NCBI GenBank assembly: GCA_047495785.1
Contig: JBLDXI010000004.1
Coordinates: forward strand, 1 to 64,000
Source of the DNA: Lepidodermella squamata
Taxonomy: Eukaryota > Animalia > Gastrotricha
Length of the DNA: 64,000 nt
Reading direction: 5' to 3'
Below the pieces are notes generated by a model. That model worked only from the letters and a program-made list of their open reading frames with translations. It was not told where the DNA came from and searched no databases. How positions within the stretch are numbered: position 1 is the first letter of the stretch; each line of letters begins with the position of its first letter. Positions 29,995 through 43,512 of this stretch are shown here, in pieces. The translations under genes and the position numbers were made by a program.

Positions 29995-30310
29995 CGCTGG
30001 CGTTGAGCCTGAAATTTAACCTAAACGAATGCGAGAAGAAGCGAGCTTTTTTGATGTGAGAGCTTCACAACCACAATAGTTTTAATAATTTTGTTAATTT
30101 GTTGAAATTCTGGCGTTGCACATCGAACGGCGCATCAAAACCTATGTTCCCGATCCGTACACATGCCCAAAAACTGGGTTAGCCCTACCCTACCCTCTAC
30201 CTTTCTTAACTCTGTGAAAAACTAATTGCTGAGCCGAGCTGCTGAGCTGATTTACGTCACTGAGCCGACATTGTACTCGAATTTGTCGTCGTGCATCAAC
30301 ACTACAGGTA
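29995..30310 (+). pseudogene. Degenerate internal fragment of the lectin family
   Basis: TTGAGCCTGAAATTTAACCTAAACGAATGCGAGAAGAAGCG and CCCGATCCGTACACATGCCC match family exons, with indels. Confidence 0.65.
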
Positions 30311-32419
30311 GGTCTACCTTTCACAACTGAAAACAGCTGAACTGAACTGAAAAAAGGATAAATTAAATGATAAATAAAAACAGTTTGATCCGGATAGGTA
30401 GAAGGCAGTTTTTCGAGTCAGGGTTTTCCGCAATAAAAACTAGAGGTCGAGGCATCGAATTATTCGCTCACTCTGGTTCACTACCTCTCACTTCCCAGTG
30501 AAAAACGGCGACGAAGAAATATTTCACCTGGCAGTTAACTTCGGGTCTCGAGTAAATGCCGCTAAATGCCGAATTTCCCCGAAGATAAAAAAGACAGTAA
30601 ACGGCGTTTTTAGGCAGTTACCTGCAATTCCCACAGAAACTTCGCAGTATTTCGCAAAAAACGTGCACTCGCTGCTCAGGGCAGCTTTATTACTTGAGCC
30701 TCTTTCACGGAGCACGTAGCTCTGATTGAGTTGTGGGTTAATAACAAATACAGTGAAACCCCTCTTTGGCGAATTTTTGGGGCTAACAGAAAAACTGGCG
30801 GAAAATCCGAAAAGACGGAATTGGAGAAGTTCACTTATTTCAATAAACAAACACTTGCAAACGCGTTTTTAAACCTTATTTTATTCACCAACGATATAGT
30901 TTTACGTAATCACGAGTCTAAGGACATTATTTTGGTACATAAACGCTTGACCAAGTCATGTTTTTCATCCTGGCAACTAATAACAATCTAAATAGGCGCT
31001 ACGACACCTTTTCTTTTCATTTTGAATCGCTCCGCAGAAATGGTGCCAGTAATGCTCGTTGCCAAGTTCATGAGAGTTCTGAACTCTGAAGAGACCGATT
31101 TACCAATGCGCCCGATAATCACTTCATCTGACGTTCTTCTAACAATTACTGCACTCCTAGAAGATGACCAATATAGATCAATATAGATCAATTTTGCAGA
31201 CATTCCTCCACTCACTTGTCGTATTTATTTCCCCGTTCCTTGATGAAGTCACACTTGTCGTCAGGATAACATTTCGAATGAGCGTGTTGGCCCATCACAA
31301 AAAGCTGCAGCAGTAATTCTTTGGGCATATTAATCTCAGTATAACATCACTAAATTTAGTAAGAAATGCACGTGACAATTCGTATTTACTCCCTTCACAA
31401 CCAAAAGAAAGACAATATTGGCAGCTCGACTATCCCATGATTAATGTTATTTTTTGCTGCTATTTTTTGATTTGAGCATTATTTAGCATTGCTATTTTTT
31501 GCTGTAATTTGATTTGAGCATTCTACCAAAAACCAGCTCTCTTACTAAGAGATTCTGATATCATTGATTTTGGATATTCTTGAACTGTTCCATCACTTCT
31601 TTGATTTCTATAGATTCCTATTTTCAGATTTTCATGAATAAATCTCACCGTCTACTCATTATAATAAGAGCAAGCCCATAAACCATAAACATAATGCACC
31701 GTTCGCGAGAGCCACTGAGAAAAACCCTAGCGTGACAAAATACCGTAAATACCGAATTACAAGGCAGGACCAAAATAAAGGGCAATAAACGCAGTGCGCG
31801 AAGTACCCTAATTACATGAATGATGACGCAAAAACTAAAGACTTTTTACTTGTCACCTATCACCTTGAAATGGTTGTAAATATGCCTAAATCCAAGTTAT
31901 TCAACGTATGGGTTTCTGTTTTGTTTTTTTTTGGTATGGGTTTCCTGCAGTGTAAGAAGTAGCATACAGAATACGGGGTATGAGGAGGACCGTACCCCTA
32001 GCCCCTAGCCCCTCAGCTCAGTGGTTCTCAAACTTTTTTGAGGCTGTGCCGGAAAAGTGGCGCGCCAAGTGTCTCGCGTGCCATTCCAAGATTTTTCAGC
32101 GAAAGCCTTAGTTCCACTAAAACACTGTGTTGTAAATTGGGAATGTGTAGTGTTGTTGTTTACGACGATTGGTTGTTTAAATTGTTTTCTTTTGGTATCA
32201 ATCCCGAAGAATGGAAACATTTTCGCAATGCCGGGGTACGGTCTTGGATCAGGGATGGAAAGACTTCTTCTTGCTTGTTTTGCTGTACTTTCCTTGAAGA
32301 CTAGAGATTTGAAAAAACAAGCAAAGCGAGGGACGAGGGAATTGTATAGATCTCCACTAAAAACCCCTTAATTCCTCTCATGCATGCCGATCAATATCCT
32401 TGGAGTTCCGTGATTGCCA

Positions 32420-33310
32420 CGCCTGTCAGGGTTTAAGAAACACCGCTCTAGCTCGAGACTCGTGAGGTCCGGGGAGGAAAATTCGCTGAGGGGGCCTTTT
32501 TGTGATTGTTCGGACTTATGAAGCTTGGATATGCTCGATTACGTCCGGAATTCATTGAATCTTACTTCATTCATTCATTTTCGACTACTATGTTTTTATA
32601 ATTTCAGCACATCAAAGAAGGATGGACCCTATGTGTGTGGGGGCGTTTTAGTTGATCGAGAGTGGATTCTCTCAGCTGCTCATTGCTTCGATGAGCCTGC
32701 ATTCGATCACTCAGTTTACTTGGGAGCTCAATACTATTACGCGAATGGCAGCGCTTTCTCTGGTGACGGTTCTCTGGTGAGGCCTCGCAAAATTGCTACA
32801 TTTTTCATTCATCCCAAGTACGATCGAGCGAGATATCCTTACGACTACGCGCTTGCTCGCATAGGCATGTTAAATGACACATTTCATGACATATTTAACC
32901 TGAAAGATTATCTAGCTCCAGTCGTTGAGTTCACAGAATATTTCTCACCAATTTGCATGTACAAAAGAGATACGCCCTTCTACGACGATGGATCTGTAAC
33001 GATTACAGGTTTTGGTGACAATGGCCAAAACAAGCCGAAACCAAGATTGCAGAAGATCACTGTTCCAATTTTACCTGTGAAGGTTAAGCCCTTTTAGATT
33101 CTTTGAGAAAATCACTATCAAGTCTATATTGAAAACCTTCAGAAATGCAAGCAATTGTACAATCAACTCGATGAAGAAACAGTAAGTGCGCCTTTAATTT
33201 GACTTTGACTTGAGATGTATGGGAAATTACATTTTTTTAAATTAGATGATATGCCAAGATTCATCGCAAACTCGTAGCACCTGCCCTGGAGATTCAGGCG
33301 GGCCGTGGGC
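32420..33310 (+). pseudogene. Chymotrypsin/trypsin-family (S1A) serine protease, 3'-truncated
   Basis: Catalytic triad motifs CGGVLVDREWILSAAHC, YDYALARI and TCPGDSGGP are present. The sequence turns into antisense retroelement pol immediately after GDSGGP. Confidence 0.8.
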
Positions 33311-33521
33311 TGGCGTCCCAGCGTTTCACAACACTCATTGGAATCAAATTGTATTTACATCCCGTGTCGACAACACAAACTTTCTCAATGCTTCCAGGAA
33401 GAGTTATCACATAAGCCAGCATATCACGACTGCCTTCAGCTTCAGGTGATAAAAGGAAATTATTTACATTAGAAGGGCTCTTTTCGACCTGAGGCACATT
33501 CATCGACCGGGTATCATCTAG
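33310..33521 (-). pseudogene. pol: Start of pol (aspartic protease), truncated
   Basis: CVVDTGCKYNLI motif in the -1 frame relative to gag. Confidence 0.8.
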
Positions 33522-34606
33522 TTTTTTGAATTACTGGTCGGTTGGTTGCGAGGCTTGGGGCAATTACGCTCAATGTGGTAGCGGTCACCACAGTTAAAGC
33601 ACCCACGAATACTAGGATCACGCCAGTTTGAGGTTGCAGGTTGATACTGCTGATTATTCCCACTGACTGCAGTTTGAGGAAATCTCCTATTTTGAAACGG
33701 AGCATTAGGAGTGTTGGAATAATTAGGCATCTGAGGCCTGCTGGGAAACGCCGAAGGTGGCGGATTGAAAGCATGAGGGTGGTTGTAGTACACCTGAGGA
33801 GCCTGTGTTGAAACTTGAGGAGTATCAAATTGTTTTGAAGCTAATTGTTTCTGAAAATCAGTGAACATATTCTTCAGGTCTGACACTTCACTTGCTAGCT
33901 TCTTGTTTTCCGTTTCAGCATTGGTAACAGAAGAAGTGACCTTAGAAGGTTTAGGATCCTGACCGCTCAATTGACTCGCAGTAATTGGGCCACTTAATTT
34001 AGCCTGAGTATTCTTTTTTTCCCAACTCCGATTCTCATTTTCAAGAAGCTGAAGAACCGCCGCATATTCAATGTGGGGATCTTTGTCCCATGCTTCAATC
34101 AGAATAGTTTGAATTTTCTTGTTCGACATGCCTCCAATTAGGCATTCTGTGGCCCTGTCACATGCATCTCGTCCACCATTTGGGTAGCCGATGGTGACGA
34201 AAGACTCTATCTGAGAAATGAATACATCGATAGTATCATTTCCCTGAATAAGGTTTTTCAAGAAGACACGGGCAGTGCCCTGAGATACGGCAGTGCCTTC
34301 TGGCTGGCAAAGTCTCGCAATTGTCGCATCGAGAGATACGACTCGCTTGTTCAATTCTTGAGCGATAATTTCAGCTCTACGCTTATCGACCATTTTTTGG
34401 ATGATCCTCAATTGCCTTAGAGCGCCTTTGATGTTAAAGACCTCCATGTAATACTTTACATCAGAGATCCAAGTATTGAAATTGTTCTCATTGGGGTCAA
34501 ACTTTTGCACCTTATCGTGAAGCTTTAACTCACTATTAGAGATTTGCTCGTCATCCGAGTCCGATTCCTCACGATTGATGAGAATCGACCTTCTATAACT
34601 GGCCAT
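33518..34606 (-). CDS. gag: Retrotransposon Gag with CCHC zinc knuckle
   Basis: 362-aa intact ORF with capsid-like KFDPNENNFNTW and the knuckle CFNCGDRYHIERNC. Confidence 0.88.
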   Translation of the reverse strand: MASYRRSILINREESDSDDEQISNSELKLHDKVQKFDPNENNFNTWISDVKYYMEVFNIKGALRQLRIIQKMVDKRRAEIIAQELNKRVVSLDATIARLCQPEGTAVSQGTARVFLKNLIQGNDTIDVFISQIESFVTIGYPNGGRDACDRATECLIGGMSNKKIQTILIEAWDKDPHIEYAAVLQLLENENRSWEKKNTQAKLSGPITASQLSGQDPKPSKVTSSVTNAETENKKLASEVSDLKNMFTDFQKQLASKQFDTPQVSTQAPQVYYNHPHAFNPPPSAFPSRPQMPNYSNTPNAPFQNRRFPQTAVSGNNQQYQPATSNWRDPSIRGCFNCGDRYHIERNCPKPRNQPTSNSKN

Positions 34607-36412
34607 TTATGTTATTTTTATTTTTATTTTTAATAGTTAGTGGCTCAATGAGTCAACACAAGATAGGAGAAAAAATAATTCGACTGGAATTTCCTTCAGT
34701 CGTCACAAAACAATTAGACTGGAATAGCCTTTTTCGCAAAATAATAATAATGGGCTGGAATTTCCTTCAGCCTTGAAAAATTAGCTGGAATGACCTTCAG
34801 CTTTTATTAAACTTTGACTGGAATGGCCGTCAGTCACAATACTTATCAACTGGAATTTCCTTCAGTTGCCAGAAACAGCTTACCACTGTTTTCTATTAAA
34901 CTTACCTACTGTTGTGAGTGGATGGTGGAATCGATCGTTGATCGAGCGGAGTCTCGGCGCCAATGAAGGGTTGATATCCCTGACCTGGTTCGGGGGAAAC
35001 TAATAACAGCGATTAGACTGAATAATATACAAGGCAGTTCAGTAAAGCAGATCAACTGATATTTTATTGTTATTATTTAGGGCTTTTATAGCCAACAGGA
35101 CGCCAATTGAACTATAATGATGTGCGTCACGTGATATTACTGTCACGAGCGCTAGCTAGAATAATAAGAATGGACTACTGAACTAATAATTGGGACAGGG
35201 AACATAGCGATCCTCTCAGTACTGCTCGAAAAAAAATGTCAGCCTCAAATAAATGGCAGCCTCAAAAAAATGTCAAAGGTTAGAGGTCGTTCGAAAAAAT
35301 AAATGTCAGGTCATTGGCGGGGACAATACTGAAGACCACTAATAAGGTAATTTTAGCCATTCTGATTGGATATTATTTCTAGTCTTGGTACTTGGAAAGA
35401 TCAGGGACAATTTTTTGGGTCAAAATAAATAGAATCTAAGGGAAATGTACGCAATTTTGGTTACCTATACAGATGGTTTGGATAAATAAATGTCAGTCCC
35501 TTTTTAAATGTCAGGGGTTAATCAACGTTTGAATGGTTTTTGTTCCGGGCAGTACGGTAATTATTATTGATATTAATAATTTAATAATAGAAATTTGATG
35601 TGGAAAAGCTGTCCACCTTGAAAAATAACTAAAAAAATTTGGCATCTCCACATATTCCGAGAGCCGTGAGAAGCCGAGTTCAAGGTGATGAAATTTGGTA
35701 GGAAAATTCAGAGACACGCTTTGCGGAATCACGGAAAATTTGCGGAATCTTGACGTTAATTTTTCAATGGCGATTGAATTAAATTTGGCCAGGCACTAAA
35801 TAAAACTCAGGCATCCTATCCGGTTGACGGAAAATTGACCTAGTTGTAAATGACTCGCAAAAATACCCACATCAACTGGTTTTCATTGATTTTAGTTCTC
35901 TAAAAATCACGAAAAAGCGTGAAAATAAGTAAAAACAAGCTAATCCTTGTTATTCAACAATTGAGTAATTACCATCATTTACCATCATTTACCATTCGCT
36001 TAGTAGTAGTAGCCGCTTTTACACTTTACACTACACCATTCGAATGGATGTAATACCTAGGCTTTAAATTCAGCACCAAAACAAAAATTCCTGCCTTTGC
36101 ATAATTGAATACTTCAAATAAATTCCGCTAAGCTTTCTTGTAAAAATTACGTTGGCAAATTCTTTGCTTCATCACCGTGAACGCGAGGCTTTTCGCGTCA
36201 GAAATTGCCTGCATAACAATTCAATATTTTTCAAGGTGTTACTGACTATTTGCCGTAAAATTCTCAAAAGGGCCTTACTTTTAGTTGAAACAATGTCGCG
36301 GAACCAGATTTCTGGTAAACGTTTTTTTAAATTAAATTTCAAAATTCGCGATTAATTTCATACATAATATTGGTCGCAAGATTTTCAAGCTATCAATTAA
36401 TAACCAGATGAT

Positions 36413-36640
36413 CTGTTAGCGGAGCCAAATTTGTCAGTTGCGGAACCAAAATTGGCTGTTGCGGACCCATATTTCAAGACTTGGAAATTTTTATGATGAA
36501 TTATTTCGATTTTTTGATTTTTTGAAATTGATCTGGAAATTTCAGAAAATTCGAAAAATGCATTTTAGGCGAATTAATCACTCAAAAATAGTTTCCGCTT
36601 CCGGCCAAATTTAATTCCGCATTTTTGGTTCCGCTAAAAG
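36413..36640. mobile_element. MITE, related copy at 44843-45079
   Basis: TIRs CTGTTAGCGGAGCCAAAT / TTTGGTTCCGCTAAAAG are shared by both copies. Confidence 0.65.
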
Positions 36641-38002
36641 TAAGACCCATTAATAATTTTACAGCAATTTTGTGTGGAAAAGGTGTCAAGAAATACCTTG
36701 AAAAATAATTAAAAAATAACCAAAATTGGAATGGAATAATATGAATTTTATTTTTATCAATTTTTGGACGGAGAAGCGAAACATCTGCAAAGTGAGAAAA
36801 TTATTCGGAAACCTTGCGGAACACCCTATAACACCTCTATTAGGCCAAATTTTGAGTCAAGGATCTATTCAGCAGCTAATAAAATTATATGTTTGAATGC
36901 TAATTTTTTCAATACATTTTTATTCAAAAATTTGTTATTGTATTTTCGTCGACGAAAATAAAATAACACTAGAAATGCTGGCATGCTTCAGATCAATCGT
37001 ACCGCTTCTTGGGTTCATCTTTTCAGGCAAATAAAAGGCACCAATAATTTTCAGATAATTTTTAAAATTCATACATTCTCAAAATTTTCGACCACGTCGA
37101 CGAAAAAATTGTGCGATTTCTTTAATTTTTTTTCAAGAATTTTCCATTTTTAAAACGGGTGCGTGCGAATGACACTCTATAAACGGTAAAACTGCTACTA
37201 AAACAGACACAAAATCTGCTATTATTTCGCGCGAAGTGCTACTAAATCTGTCTGAGTGCGCATAAAACGTTAAGTGTGTTGATAAAGCAGGTAATATGAC
37301 ACTAAATGTGGAGAAGTGCCACTATTTTGACAAAACCGCTGGTACTTTGGGAATCTGATGGTAAATTGGAAAAATTGCTAAATAAACGAGATATCTTAAT
37401 CCTGGTGATTGGCATGGAAATGACTGCCGCATACACGAATGCCTTGACTTTTCTGTTCTCGAATCTAAGAAGGCTAGTTTTGACCAATCATTGCAAGTTT
37501 TAGCCGAAGTTTTAGCCCCCATCCATTTCGAAAAAAACTTTCGCTTTGAAAATCGACTATTGGAATCGATATTAGTTCTACAGTTCCAATAATTCGTAAA
37601 GCCAACTGGAATAATTAAAACTTCCATTCACTAAGTTTTTCAGCGTAATAGCGCATTTCTCAAACTAGTAGCAAATTGCGCGAATTAGTAGCAATTTACA
37701 CGATTTAAGCAGTTTACCTAATTTAGTAGCACTTTTACCCATTTTAGTAGCGCATTTATTTTCACTCTTTTAAAACTGCTGATGTTTTGAAGCCTTCCCA
37801 AAAATGTTCGAATCTACCTTAATTTTGATAAGTCTGGAAGAGTGGTAGGTGGAGCTTTCGATTTAAATGGGATTTTTAGCGGTACTAAATTTGATTGCAG
37901 CTGAGCCAAATCTGCATGCTTATGAACCTAATTCTAGATAAGCCAAAACGAATATTTCTAATTAATTGAGGCAATCTATGAATTTTAGGTTCTATGTCAA
38001 GT

Positions 38003-38128
38003 GAGCAAACGAAAATTGAGCAACGAAAATAGAGCAAGGGCTTTTGAGCAACGATATTAGAGCAAACGAAATTAGAGCAAAACGACTTTTGAGCAAAACG
38101 AGATTAGAGCAAAACGACACGAGAGCAA
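38003..38128. repeat. Minisatellite of ~16-bp GAGCAAA(A)CGA units
   Basis: About 8 imperfect copies are visible. Confidence 0.75.
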
Positions 38129-40019
38129 ATTTAATAATTAATTGCAGCTGCTGTTTATTTTACATAAAATTTGCTCTCGTGTCTCAATTTTTTTTATTGA
38201 TTCAGTTTTGATGAATAAAATGAAACATGCATCGAAGTCTTTTCCCATAAAACTGACTCTTTGAAGCAGTGCAAGCCGCGATTTTTAACAGTAAATGCGA
38301 AGTACAAACGGCCCGAAGTGAAAGTTCTATCAGTAACGAGCAAGTTACTGCGCGGTAAAAAGCATTTCCCACAGCGAAACTCTCACCGCAGTTCCGCTGG
38401 CCCAGCTCCGCAAAAAACTCGACTTTCGACAGACTACTGCCCTCAGACAAACTCTCGCTAATTTACATATTTAGTTTTTTTTTATTTTGCCAGTTAAAAG
38501 GCCCGAAATCGTTGCTCAGGGCGTCGTAAAATTGCCAAGATTTCGAACGACTGGAAATTTCATGATTTGAGATAAGAAAAGATTTCAAAAGATTTCAAAG
38601 AGTTCAAAATAAATTTGAAACTAAAACTATTCCTGATTTACAATTAGCTGAACTCGCATCCTTTGAAAAAGATGAATGGCGCATGTTTGTTAACTCGATT
38701 GATAATTATGAATTTTTCGGAAAAAGCAGAATCTTCAACTGTGGGGGTGGGTAAGGATTAATTTTCAATCTTTGCCTGCCTTCGCCCTCTTCAAAACCGG
38801 AAACGGTATAATGACGCGCAGTCTAGGAGAGGCTAAATAAAACTATTATTATTATTATTTATTCAAAAGATTTCAACTAGAAATAGCGTGAGAAACAGCG
38901 CTTAAGTATAATGAAATGGCGGGAAATAGATCAAAAGATCGAAAATAGCAAAACTCTCATTTCATTTATCACAGCTAAAAAATACTACGCCTTAGCAAAC
39001 AAATGGATTTATGAATCGACCTAGTCATTTTTTCAACGTGAGATTAGGCCGTGCGCCTCAAGAACTAGTCAAAACAACTTTCTGGTTATTTTACAACTGT
39101 TGATTTTTAGGCGGCATTTTTATGAATGAATTGAACTTCAAATGGAATATTATTTCCGGTTTCATCAATCGAGCGTGGCTTATTTCGAATATTTCGAAAC
39201 AAAAACAACATCCCCGATCAGTTTATCAGAAGATCCCTGATATACAGCAAGCTACGGCATTACTTCTGATGAACACGCAGCATTTATGGATAATTCTGAT
39301 TCTGCCACTTTCCAACTTCATTTTAAAAATCCTTTTTAAGGCTCCTGTCTCCTGTTCCTCAAATATTTGAAGTTTCACAGATATGGCGTTGATTTTATTC
39401 ACTATTAAGCTACCATTGATAACGAATTACAAGCCACATAGCCGGCAAGTAGCCCACGCGGAAAATAAATGAGACGATGAGGCTTGGAAAGATTGTCGCA
39501 AATGTTTCGGGATTGAGAGCCCACAATAAGGAAACTTCTTGTGTTACGACAATTTCGAACACTTGGCACCATAAGCCTCAAATTATTTCAATTTGTATTC
39601 GGAAATAAAAATGTTAATTCATCAAAAGTAGGATAAGACACTGAGGTGTACGTGACGTCGGCTCACGCTCCCGCACGCGATCAGCTACTGCGGCTACTGC
39701 GCAGTTGTTTATCAGGGCTGGCCACTGGAAACAATTCGATAAAAAATATTGGCGAGGAACTACTTGTTTATCTCAACAGCAATGGCTACACCTGCTGTTT
39801 ACACATATTTTTAAATGCGTCACGGTCGAATTAACGCGTGCTCTTGAAAGCGCTTGAAAATCACGCACATTCCGATTTTGCAAAATGTTAGCAATTCAAA
39901 TATTTCATTATAATTTTGTACACTTCGCTAGTAAATCTCACATCGCAATTCGCAATCTGTCCAAATTTAGTTTGCGAGCTGTTAACGATCTTGATGTATT
40001 ATTTTCAGTCTTAACAAAA

Positions 40020-41938
40020 ATGATTTACCATCAAAAAGTCATGCTACTGGCAATTGTGATGACAGCTTCGAGCGACGTGGCTTGGGGCAAGCAGCAGTTG
40101 AACTGGGTTCGGTGCTTCTCGCAGCTAAGCAACAGATTCACCAGCTGCGTACCAGCTGCCGACGGCTGCGATCCACTCAAAGAATTCCAGGTTCGCCTTT
40201 GTTTTGTTCGAAAGACAGCATTGTCAACTCAATCTTTTCACTAACAGTGGGGCTCGGTTTTCCGAACCACCGGCGTCTGCAACACTGGGGTCCGTTTATC
40301 CATCCGCTCAAAAGTCTTGCCTCAAGTTCGTTCTCTTTTATGTCTTTAGAATGCTCGAATGTGCTACAAATACGAGGCTCTTACCCCGTTTTGCGTTCCT
40401 GGAAATATCGGTTGCAATAACCCCGGCGATATGAATGTAAGTATTGAAAAAATTAAAGTCAATTTGTATAAATATGAACCCCTTGACAGACGTTTTGGTT
40501 CGACGATCAGACGGCGGCTTTGAGCTTGAAATACAACCTCAACGAATGCGAGAAACAGAAAGCTAAATTCGAGGTAGAAATTCGCATTTTGTGAAAGCAA
40601 TTGATGTTTATTTTCACGTCTATGCAGACTTCGACATTCCGGCGTTGCACTTCGAACAACGCCATAAAGACCTGCGTCCCCGACCCATTCACCTGCCCCA
40701 ATAGCTGGGTGAGCAAAATTCAATCGAAACGTGCTGCTTGTATGAGATTCGTTTAATAGGTCACTGAATCAACTTTGTATTCAAGTCTTTCGTCTTGTAC
40801 CAATGAAACATGTTTGTAATTTGCTCAACATTTCATTCATAACTACATCATCATCCCAGTCACAGTTCCAGTTACTGAGAAGCCGCACATTCGATGCTTT
40901 GATGCTACGACGAAAAAGTTCACCGACTGCCGACCGCAAAGCGCCGGCTGTTTTGCTGGCAATGAAACTCAGCAATACTCGAGCAGTTTGTACATCAACA
41001 AAGAAAAGTGCCTGCTTGGAGTGAGTTGCGATCTAACGCCTGGAAAAATGTCTAGAAAATTCAATATTGTCCTTAAATAGAATGCTGTTTCGTGCAAGGA
41101 TTCATCCGACCGGCTGTCTTGCTACGCCACGTGTCCCCAAGATCAATCTCAGGTTCAGCTAAACCTAATGGATCCGGAATATGTACTCAATCCTACCTAT
41201 TTGTTGTTATTAGGTTAAACTGTTCCCAGACTTGCAAACATTTCAACTGAATCACGACAAATGCGTCAAGGATATTGCACCGTCTGTGAGTTCTCTTGTA
41301 ATACCCTTTTCTGGTTAGAAACAAGAGTTCCTCAAGAAAATAATTAGAATGATGCTATTCCTATATGCATAAGCACGATCGATTTCTTCAGCTTGTAAAG
41401 CTTATTCAGGTTATTGATAATATCCTTATCAATCCTTATCAATCCTTAGACTTACATTCGATGCGTTCAAACGACTGACGGTTCAGTAACGTGCAGATTG
41501 AGCTCTCCCGGCTGTAACGCCACCACAGAAAAGGCTTATCCCGGCGAGTTCAGTGGCGAATCTCAGTGTCAAAATGCTCGGAGGCAGATATTTCTGGTAT
41601 CCGAACCGGGCGGTAAGTTGGGGCGATCTGCGGCTGCTGATAAGTGCTCGCAACAAAACGGAATCCTGGCAACGATAAAAACAGCTGCCGACGCAGCCTC
41701 GCTTGAAGGCATCCTATCGCGTGTTGCATGGGTGGGACTTACGCCAGATTCTGGGGTCCTTAGATGGTCGGACGGTGCGCCATTCATTTTTGATCAATCT
41801 CTTTTCTTTACCGACAATCCAATGTCCACTGACAAGTGCGCGTGCATTTCTATCTCTGGCCTTAATACCTTTAAGATGACTTTTGTGGATTGTGGATATG
41901 AATACGAGTTCGCAGTTTGCGAAACCTATGCTGAATAA
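40020..41938 (+). CDS. 4-Cys-module / C-type lectin family copy D (6 modules plus CTLD)
   Basis: Signal peptide MIYHQKVMLLAIVMTASSDVAWG, about 10 exons, and CTLD motifs AWVGL, WSDG, FAVCET. One donor site (~40806) is non-canonical or mutated. Confidence 0.75.
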
Positions 41939-42149
41939 CTGGCTTTTGCAAGGGCCAGCAGACCTTCGCTGTGAAACTTAATTTTTTCGATTCTGAAGAC
42001 GTTTGATTTGGTGATCTGATGTCGCGTGAAACATATCACTAGAGTAAGGTTTTTTCGTGAAATAAAATAGGACCGTTAACCGTTATGACGAATTCTAATC
42101 ATTCCGGATATGCTCTAAATTCAAGTTGCGGTGTTAAATAAAATAACTT

Positions 42150-42305
42150 CTCATCAAAAGGCCGTGATACTTGCGCTTCTCATGATGGCTTCGAGCGACG
42201 TGGCTTGTTAAGCAGCAGTTGAACTGGGTTCGGGGCTTCTCGAAGTGCGGCTTCTCATAAGCAACATATTTATGAGCTGTGATCTACTTAGAGAATTCCA
42301 GGTTT
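42150..42305 (+). pseudogene. Degenerate exon 1 of the lectin family
   Basis: GCTTCGAGCGACGTGGCTTG..AAGCAGCAGTTGAACTGGGTTCGG...GAATTCCAGGT, similar to copy D but with stops and indels. Confidence 0.65.
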
Positions 42306-43512
42306 CGGGAGGGAAACGAATGTGAGGAGAAAGGTCTGAAAGCAAAGTGGGAGTGAATAGTGAATAGACTGAAGAGAAAGCGGCCGATTCGGGAATGCGA
42401 GCGACGTAGTCGCGATCGAAAATTTTGAAGAGCATCCCCCTTTCGGCGAAAAGCCTACTTCCTTCACTGCTTCGCGCACTGTAAATAAATCTATCATCTA
42501 TCAACGCTCCGGTGCTGTGGGACTGAAGACCCCCTAAGGTAGAGTCGCAAAATAGCACTATTTGAATTGTTTTTCACGACCCTAGCGTGAATACTTTGGA
42601 AGATAATCTGACGAAATTTGGCCACTAGATAGGCCTCACTTTGCTGCATCTCCCTGTGAAATTCCATGTTATCATCGTCGAATCTCGAATTTCCACACCC
42701 ATTTGAATAACTCTGAAAAGTCGCGAAAAACTATGTACGAATAGCAATTTTCGCGTACATCTATTTTATAATCATAGGGTAAAACTTTAGAGCCTAATCG
42801 TAAGACACAACATTTCTTGGCATTTACAGTTAAACTAGTGGCTTTGAACCATGCAGCTTTTTCAGAAGCTTTGAATAGCTTTTTCAGAATTGTCGAATTC
42901 GACTTTTTTCTATGAAAGTGCTATCTTTTTCCGATATCATCACTTAAATAAAAGTGCTAACTTTTGCAGATAGCACATTTGTTCAAAACACCCATGAAAT
43001 TAGCACTGAAAATTGCACAATTGTGACTAATTTTCGGCGTATCATTGGAGCGAAGGTGATTTCAAAGCCAATACTAATCGATTTATATCTTCACGTGGAG
43101 TCTCAGCTATCTTCAAGTCTGAATCTCGTTGGCGCAGGCGTCTCTCAACTCTGCACTCTGCAAAAATCATATTATCCTTTAATTTCGCTTTCTATCGCCA
43201 CTTTTTGAACTACCTTATGTTGCGTCCACAAACTAACTTCGAAGAGGGCGACTTCGGAGACCACATTGAAAATTCGCCATGGACTCTAGATGGTCTGTTG
43301 ATTCATAAAATGGCCGAATCGAATCGAATCTCTATAGAATTGATGCCCCCAGAATTCATAAATAACACGATGTTTTTTTCAGAAAAAGACAATTTTGATT
43401 TTATTTCATCGAAAAAATGACATGGGGTGGTCTTTCAACAAGCGTACAACTTGCAGTAAATCTCAATCCACCTCGATAAACTCGTCGCGGGAGAAACCAG
43501 GCAACACTCCAC

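Larger units (their letters stand above)
33310..35218 (-). mobile_element. 5' half of a Ty3/gypsy-type LTR retrotransposon (LTR, PBS, leader, gag, start of pol)
   Basis: LTR 34964-35218 (TGAGAGG...CCCTTCA on the - strand, TATAAAA at ~35090, AATAAA at ~35068) is followed by PBS TGGCGCCGAGAC, then gag and protease. Confidence 0.85.

Noticed and set aside
34681-34868. CRISPR-like regularly spaced palindromic repeats
   Set aside because: Spacers are only ~10-14 nt, the repeats vary, there are no cas genes, and the context is a eukaryotic LTR leader.
42954-43420. Possible gene fragments (ORFs 42954-43208 and 43205-43420)
   Set aside because: Only a faint channel-like resemblance, which is not enough to support a call.
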